Program-made: the position numbers and the translations under genes
Part shown: positions 57,563 to 64,000 of the stretch, piece by piece
How positions within the stretch are numbered: position 1 is the stretch's first letter
How the letters are laid out: each line of letters opens with the position of its first letter
The notes under the pieces: generated by a model
What the model was told of the DNA's origin: nothing
Databases searched by the model: none
The model's input: the letters and a program-made list of their open reading frames with translations, nothing else
Assembly (NCBI GenBank): GCA_963705425.1
Contig: CAVPJO010000009.1
Span: 189,184 to 253,183, forward strand
Reading direction: 5' to 3'
From: an uncultured Chloroflexia bacterium
GTDB lineage: Bacteria; Chloroflexota; Limnocylindria; Limnocylindrales; CSP1-4
Length of the DNA: 64,000 bases

Positions 57563-58863
57563 ACCCAGGCTCCGGCTTCGCCGCCCCACTCCAGCTCGGT
57601 GTCAGCGATGCGCACGGTGTCACCGGCCTCGACGCCGGCCTCGCGCAGCTTCTCGACGACGCCCAGCTTGGCCAGCTCACGCTGCAGGCGCGCCGCCGAT
57701 TCATCGTTCTCGAAGTCCGTTTGCGCCACCAGCCGCTCGATGCGGCGACCCTCGACGACCCACACGCCGCCCGGCTCACGCTCGATGATGTAGCCCTCCT
57801 CGGTGGGGTCGTAGCGGTGGACCACCACGCCGGCGGTCTCACCCGCGCCTCCGAGCTCTTCGTCGTCGGGCAGCAGCCGGGCCAGGGCCGAGCGCAGCTC
57901 GAGCAGTCCGATCCTGTTCGAGGCTGAGATCTGCACGACCTCGAGGCCATCGTGTGCGCGAGCCTCGTTGAAGGCGCGCAGCAGATCGCGGTCGGGCTCG
58001 AGGTCCATCTTGTTGGCGGCCACCAGCGTGGTCTTGTCGAGCAACCGCGGGTCGCGCGCCTCGAGTTCCTCGCGGATGATCCGGTAGTCCCGCTCGGGAT
58101 CGTCAGCCGACATGTCCACGACGTGTACGAGGACACGGGTGCGCTCGACGTGGCGCAGGAACGCGTGGCCGAGGCCGGCCCCGGCGCTGGCGCCTTCGAT
58201 GAGACCGGGCAGGTCGGCCAACGTGGGCCGGCGTTCGTCGAGTGCATCATCGGCCGCCAGATCGAGCACGCCGAGGTTGGGCTCCAGGGTGGTGAAGGGG
58301 TAGTTCGCGATCTTGGGCGTAGCCGCGGTCAGGGCCGTGAGCAGCGTGGACTTGCCCGCGTTGGGCAGCCCCACCAGACCCACATCGGCGATGAGGCGCA
58401 GGTCCAGCCGCAGGCGCCGTTCCTCGCCGGGCTCCCCCTTCTGCGCGTGCTTGGGTGCCTGGTGGGTGGACGTCGCGAAGTGCGTGTTGCCGAGCCCGCC
58501 GCGACCGCCGCGGGCGACCATCACGCGCTGTCCCGGGAAGACGAGGTCGGCCATGAGGTCGCCGCTCTTGGCGTCGAACACGACGGTACCCGGGGGCACG
58601 GCCAGGGCGAGTTCACTCCCGGCCTTGCCGTGGCGACGGGAGCGCCCTCCAGGGCCACCGTGCTCGGCCCGGAAGTGGTGCTTGTAGCGGTAGTCGACGA
58701 GCATCGTCTGGCCCACGTCGACGACGAGGTAGACAGAGCCGCCACGTCCACCATCGCCACCATCAGGACCGCCGCGCGGCACGTGAGCCTCGCGGCGGAA
58801 CGTGGCAGCGCCATTCCCGCCGTTGCCGGCGATGACGGTGAGGTCGACGCGATCGAGGAACAT
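57559..58863 (-). CDS. obgE: GTPase ObgE/CgtA
   Basis: GGPDGGDGG.GGSV, ADVGLVGLPNAGKSTLL, YPFTTLEP, ADLPGLIEGA and NKMD motifs; C-terminal OCT domain. Confidence 0.97.
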   Translation of the reverse strand: MFLDRVDLTVIAGNGGNGAATFRREAHVPRGGPDGGDGGRGGSVYLVVDVGQTMLVDYRYKHHFRAEHGGPGGRSRRHGKAGSELALAVPPGTVVFDAKSGDLMADLVFPGQRVMVARGGRGGLGNTHFATSTHQAPKHAQKGEPGEERRLRLDLRLIADVGLVGLPNAGKSTLLTALTAATPKIANYPFTTLEPNLGVLDLAADDALDERRPTLADLPGLIEGASAGAGLGHAFLRHVERTRVLVHVVDMSADDPERDYRIIREELEARDPRLLDKTTLVAANKMDLEPDRDLLRAFNEARAHDGLEVVQISASNRIGLLELRSALARLLPDDEELGGAGETAGVVVHRYDPTEEGYIIEREPGGVWVVEGRRIERLVAQTDFENDESAARLQRELAKLGVVEKLREAGVEAGDTVRIADTELEWGGEAGAWV

Positions 58864-58888
58864 CGTTCGGGTCAGTGTGACCGTCCGG

Positions 58889-60163
58889 TCACTTCGCTGC
58901 GTTGCGTTCCTCGGCTGCGGCGTTCCTGGTCAGCTGGGCCAGGAACTCGGCATTCGAATCGGTCTTGCTCAGGCGATTGAGCAACAGCTCGATGCCCTCG
59001 TTGGTGCCCACGGCACTGAGCATGCGACGCATGGTCCAGACCATCTTGAGGACGGGTTCCTCGAGCAGCAATTCCTCGCGACGCGTGCCCGAGCGCTGCA
59101 CGTCGATCGACGGGTAGATGCGCTTCTCAGCCAGCTTGCGGTCGAGGATGAGCTCCGAGTTGCCGGTGCCCTTGAACTCCTCGTAGATGACGTCATCCAT
59201 GCGCGAACCGGTGTCCACCAGGCAGGTCGCGATGATGGTCAGCGAGCCGCCCTCCTCGAGCTTGCGGGCGGCGCCGAAGAATCGCTTGGGCGGATACAGC
59301 GCCACCGGGTCGATACCGCCGGTCAGGGTGCGGCCGGAAGGCGGCAGGGCCAGGTTGTAGGCACGGGAAAGGCGCGTGATGGAGTCGAGCAGGATGACCA
59401 CGTCGCGGCCGCTCTCGACCTGGCGCTTGGCGATCTCGAGGGCCATCTCAGCGACGTGGGTGTGATTCTCGGTGGGCTCGTCGAAGGTCGAGGAGATGAC
59501 CTCCCCCGCCACCGAGCGGCGCATGTCGGTGACCTCCTCGGGGCGCTCACCGATGAGCGCGACCATGAGCAGGATCTCCGGGTAGTTCTCGGTGATGCCG
59601 TTGGCGATGTTCTTGAGCAGCATCGTCTTGCCGGCCTTGGGCGGGCTGACCACGAGCGCGCGCTGGCCCTTGCCGATGGGGTTGACGAGGTTGACCAAGC
59701 GCTGGCTCAGGTTCTTGGGGTCGGACTCGAGGTTGATGAGCTCGATGGGGTGGATGGGTGTGAGCTCATCGAAGTGCGGCCGGCGGCGGGCATCGTTGGG
59801 GTCCATGCCGTTGACGGTCTCGACGCGCAGGAGGCCCCAGTACTTCTCGCCCTTCTTGGGCGGACGCGGGATGCCGGCCACGCGGTCACCACCACGCAGT
59901 CCGAAGCGACGGACGTGGCTGGAGCTGACGTAGATGTCGTCAGGGCTGGGCATGAGGCCACGGCGGCGCATGAAGCCATAGCCATCATCTACGAGGTCGA
60001 GGATACCGGCGGCATAGCGCTGGCCCTGCTGCTCCGACTGGCGACGCATGATCTGCTCGACGAGCTCCTCGCGAGCCATGCCATCAGCGTCCTCCACGTC
60101 CAGATCCCCACCGATCTGGGCGAGCTCGTCGACGTCCTTCTTCTCGAGGTCCTTGATGTCCAT
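58889..60163 (-). CDS. rho: Transcription termination factor Rho
   Basis: [48 protein letters not shown] and SGTRREELL motifs. Confidence 0.98.
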   Translation of the reverse strand: MDIKDLEKKDVDELAQIGGDLDVEDADGMAREELVEQIMRRQSEQQGQRYAAGILDLVDDGYGFMRRRGLMPSPDDIYVSSSHVRRFGLRGGDRVAGIPRPPKKGEKYWGLLRVETVNGMDPNDARRRPHFDELTPIHPIELINLESDPKNLSQRLVNLVNPIGKGQRALVVSPPKAGKTMLLKNIANGITENYPEILLMVALIGERPEEVTDMRRSVAGEVISSTFDEPTENHTHVAEMALEIAKRQVESGRDVVILLDSITRLSRAYNLALPPSGRTLTGGIDPVALYPPKRFFGAARKLEEGGSLTIIATCLVDTGSRMDDVIYEEFKGTGNSELILDRKLAEKRIYPSIDVQRSGTRREELLLEEPVLKMVWTMRRMLSAVGTNEGIELLLNRLSKTDSNAEFLAQLTRNAAAEERNAAK

Positions 60164-60329
60164 GTTCCGGGTTTCGATCCCTTGCGGATAGGGGTGCTCG
60201 CTCAGCGCGAACAACGCAGCGCGCCATTCGTAGCGAGACGAGGAGATGGGTGCCGTCCCTTCCTGAGGTCGCGCGGCCGGGCCAGATGTCAGCCAAGCGG
60301 CAAGTCAGCGGGGTGGGAGGGCAGCCTCG

Positions 60330-60357
60330 ATAGTAGCACGCAGCCGGAATTGGTCAA
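60330..60357 (-). promoter_or_regulatory. Sigma70-type promoter for rho, giving an ~160-nt leader
   Basis: Minus strand TTGACC-16 nt-(TGc)TACTAT. Confidence 0.75.
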
Positions 60358-60436
60358 CCGAAGGCCGGCCAGGTCAAGACGCGCGCGACCCCGGCGAGCC
60401 GCGGCGCGGTGGGGCGCGATCGTGATCGCGGCGGGT

Positions 60437-61102
60437 CTAGCCCTTGGCGGCAAGCTCCGCCTGGGCCTTGGCCCAGTCGGCCTTGAAGCCAGCGATGCCC
60501 TTGTCGGTCAGGGGGTGCTTGAGCATCTGCTGGAAGACCTTGAAGGGAATGGTGGCCACACCGGCCCCGGCCATGGCACCATCGACGACGTGCCGCGGTG
60601 TGCGCGTCGAGGCCACGATGATCTCCGCCTCGAGGCCGTGGATCTCGAGGATGGCGGCCAGCTCGCGGACCATGTCCATGCCCTCCTGGCCGATGTCGTC
60701 GAGTCGACCGACGAAGGGGGACAGGTAGGTGGCGCCGGCCTTGGCCGCGAGCAGACCCTGAGCCGAGCTGAAGATGAGCGTGCAGTTGGTCTTGATGCCC
60801 TCTTCGGCGAAGGTCGAGATGGCCATCAGGCCCGTCTCGGTCATGGGCACCTTGACGATGATGTTGGGCGCGATCTTGGCGAACGCCCGACCCTCGCGCA
60901 GCATGCCCTCGAGGTCGTCGGCGATGACCTCGGCACTGACCGGACCGGAGGTGATGCCGGCGATCTCCTCGAGCACCTCCTCGTAGGTCCCGCCGCCGGC
61001 CTTGGCGAACAGGGTCGGGTTGGTGGTCACGCCGTCGAGCACGCCCCAGCTATGGACGACGCGGATCTCATCGATGACAGCGGTATCCAGGAAGAACTTC
61101 AT
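60437..61102 (-). CDS. Transaldolase / fructose-6-phosphate aldolase (small TalC type)
   Basis: [35 protein letters not shown] and HPLTDKG motifs. Confidence 0.95.
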   Translation of the reverse strand: MKFFLDTAVIDEIRVVHSWGVLDGVTTNPTLFAKAGGGTYEEVLEEIAGITSGPVSAEVIADDLEGMLREGRAFAKIAPNIIVKVPMTETGLMAISTFAEEGIKTNCTLIFSSAQGLLAAKAGATYLSPFVGRLDDIGQEGMDMVRELAAILEIHGLEAEIIVASTRTPRHVVDGAMAGAGVATIPFKVFQQMLKHPLTDKGIAGFKADWAKAQAELAAKG

Positions 61103-61270
61103 GCGGGACGGACTCCTCGAGCGAGATTGCTGCAGGGGGCGAGTGTGACCTCATTGTACGGTCCCGCCGTGCAGCGCGACGCTGGCCCCAGGGAAGCAGG
61201 GCCCGTATCGTGTTAGTCACCACCAGACGCTGCGGTGCGGATCAACGCCAGCGACAGCAGGAGGCCAGAT

Positions 61271-62023
61271 ATGGATCCCCAAGGCAAGGTAGCCATCGTC
61301 ACCGGCGCGACACGGGGGATGGGACGAGCCATCTCGTCGCGCCTCGCCGAAGCCGGCGCGAAGGTCGTGCTCGTGGCCCGTGACGAGGCCGATCTGGCGA
61401 GGGCGGAGGCCGCTATCGCAGAAGGAGGCGGCGAGGCCATGGCCATCGCCACGGACGTCACCGAGCGGACCTCGGTCGAGGCCATGGTCGCCGCCGTGAT
61501 CGCTCGCTACGGGCGCATCGACCTGCTCGTTAACTGCGCATTCTGGGGGCCGCCCGGCAGCCTTGAGCAGACCGACGAACCGTTCTGGGACCGCACCCTC
61601 GACACCACGCTCAAGGGCCCGTACCTGTGTGCCCGTGCCGTGCATCCGACGATGCGCGTCCAGGGCGCCGGCACGATCATCAACATCGGCTCGCTCGCGG
61701 GCAAGGTCGGCGAGGACAAGCGCACCGCCTACTGCGCGGCCAAGTGGGGACTGGAAGGGCTGACCGCAGCGCTGCAGGTCGAGCTGCACCCGCAGAACAT
61801 CCGCGTCCACCTCATCTCCCCGGGCGCGACCGACACCTCGTTCTGGAGCCAGAACGCACCTGGTCTGAGCAGCGATCAGCTGGAGCGCTTCATCCCGCCC
61901 GGGGTCGTGGCCGAGGCCGTGATGTGGGTGCTGAGCACGCCGCAAGCGGTGCACATCCCGGACATCCCCATCCACAACTACCGCAACCCGTTCGAGGGCA
62001 AGGGCTCCCCGTTCGAGTCGTGA
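61271..62023 (+). CDS. SDR family NAD(P)-dependent oxidoreductase
   Basis: TGATRGMG, NIGS and YCAAK motifs. Confidence 0.92.
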   Translation: MDPQGKVAIVTGATRGMGRAISSRLAEAGAKVVLVARDEADLARAEAAIAEGGGEAMAIATDVTERTSVEAMVAAVIARYGRIDLLVNCAFWGPPGSLEQTDEPFWDRTLDTTLKGPYLCARAVHPTMRVQGAGTIINIGSLAGKVGEDKRTAYCAAKWGLEGLTAALQVELHPQNIRVHLISPGATDTSFWSQNAPGLSSDQLERFIPPGVVAEAVMWVLSTPQAVHIPDIPIHNYRNPFEGKGSPFES

Positions 62024-62053
62024 CGCTCTCAGGCAGGCGCCGGGAGCCGCACC

Positions 62054-63733
<1,680 letters not shown>

Positions 63734-63794
63734 CTACCGAATCCGGGGGCGCGGCGCGTGCCGGCCCCCGAAGACGGTGCAAGGAGGACTCCCA

Positions 63795-64000
63795 TCAGGC
63801 CTCGCCAGCGTCCGCGACCCGGAAGCCGGCCAGGTCCTCGAGCACGGTGACCAGGCCGGAGTGGTCGTAGTCGCCGCGGCCGTGGGCATCGGCCGCACGC
63901 ATGAGCTGCTCGACCCCGGCCGCGGCGGGCAGGGCCACCCCGGTCTCCCGCGCCAGCTCCAGCGCGTTCTTGAGGTCCTTGAGGTGCAGGCGGATGCGGA
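63795..64000 (-). CDS. C-terminal part of a beta-hydroxyacid dehydrogenase (2-hydroxy-3-oxopropionate reductase-like), truncated by the window edge
   Basis: RIRLHLKDLKNALELARETGVALPAAAGVEQLM..G.GD.DHSGLV. Confidence 0.85.
   Translation of the reverse strand, partial: RIRLHLKDLKNALELARETGVALPAAAGVEQLMRAADAHGRGDYDHSGLVTVLEDLAGFRVADAGEA

Overview
A very GC-rich bacterial chromosomal segment, most likely from a monoderm Chloroflexota (Limnocylindria-like). This is inferred from HrcA/CIRCE, GAAC-N4-GTTC SOS boxes, a DUF5679-type protein, expanded F420-type LLM enzymes and Terrabacteria-style gene order. Many essential genes (lepA, leuS, holA, nadD, hemW) carry 1-nt indels, which indicates long-read consensus errors rather than pseudogenes, so several gene boundaries are approximate. 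Housekeeping content: hrcA-grpE-dnaK with a perfect CIRCE, lepA/hemW, rpsT, gap-pgk-eno, two tRNA-Ala genes, leuS, comEA-comEC-HD-holA, rho-obgE-nadD-racemase-rsfS, fsa/tal and pyrG. The most notable accessory items are five. (1) An imuA-imuB-[stand-alone ImuB-C]-dnaE2 mutasome split by a catalytically degenerate M23/LytM gene, each half with its own near-identical LexA-box promoter. (2) A membrane-anchored secreted lamin-tail + about 5 OB-fold protein with no visible nuclease domain. (3) A ribosomal S20 with an ~110-aa histone-H1-like tail. (4) A sugar ABC locus whose LacI repressor has lost its core while operators remain. (5) A tandem triplet of LLM/F420 oxidoreductases between leuS and comEA. 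No mobile elements, CRISPR arrays or rRNA were seen.
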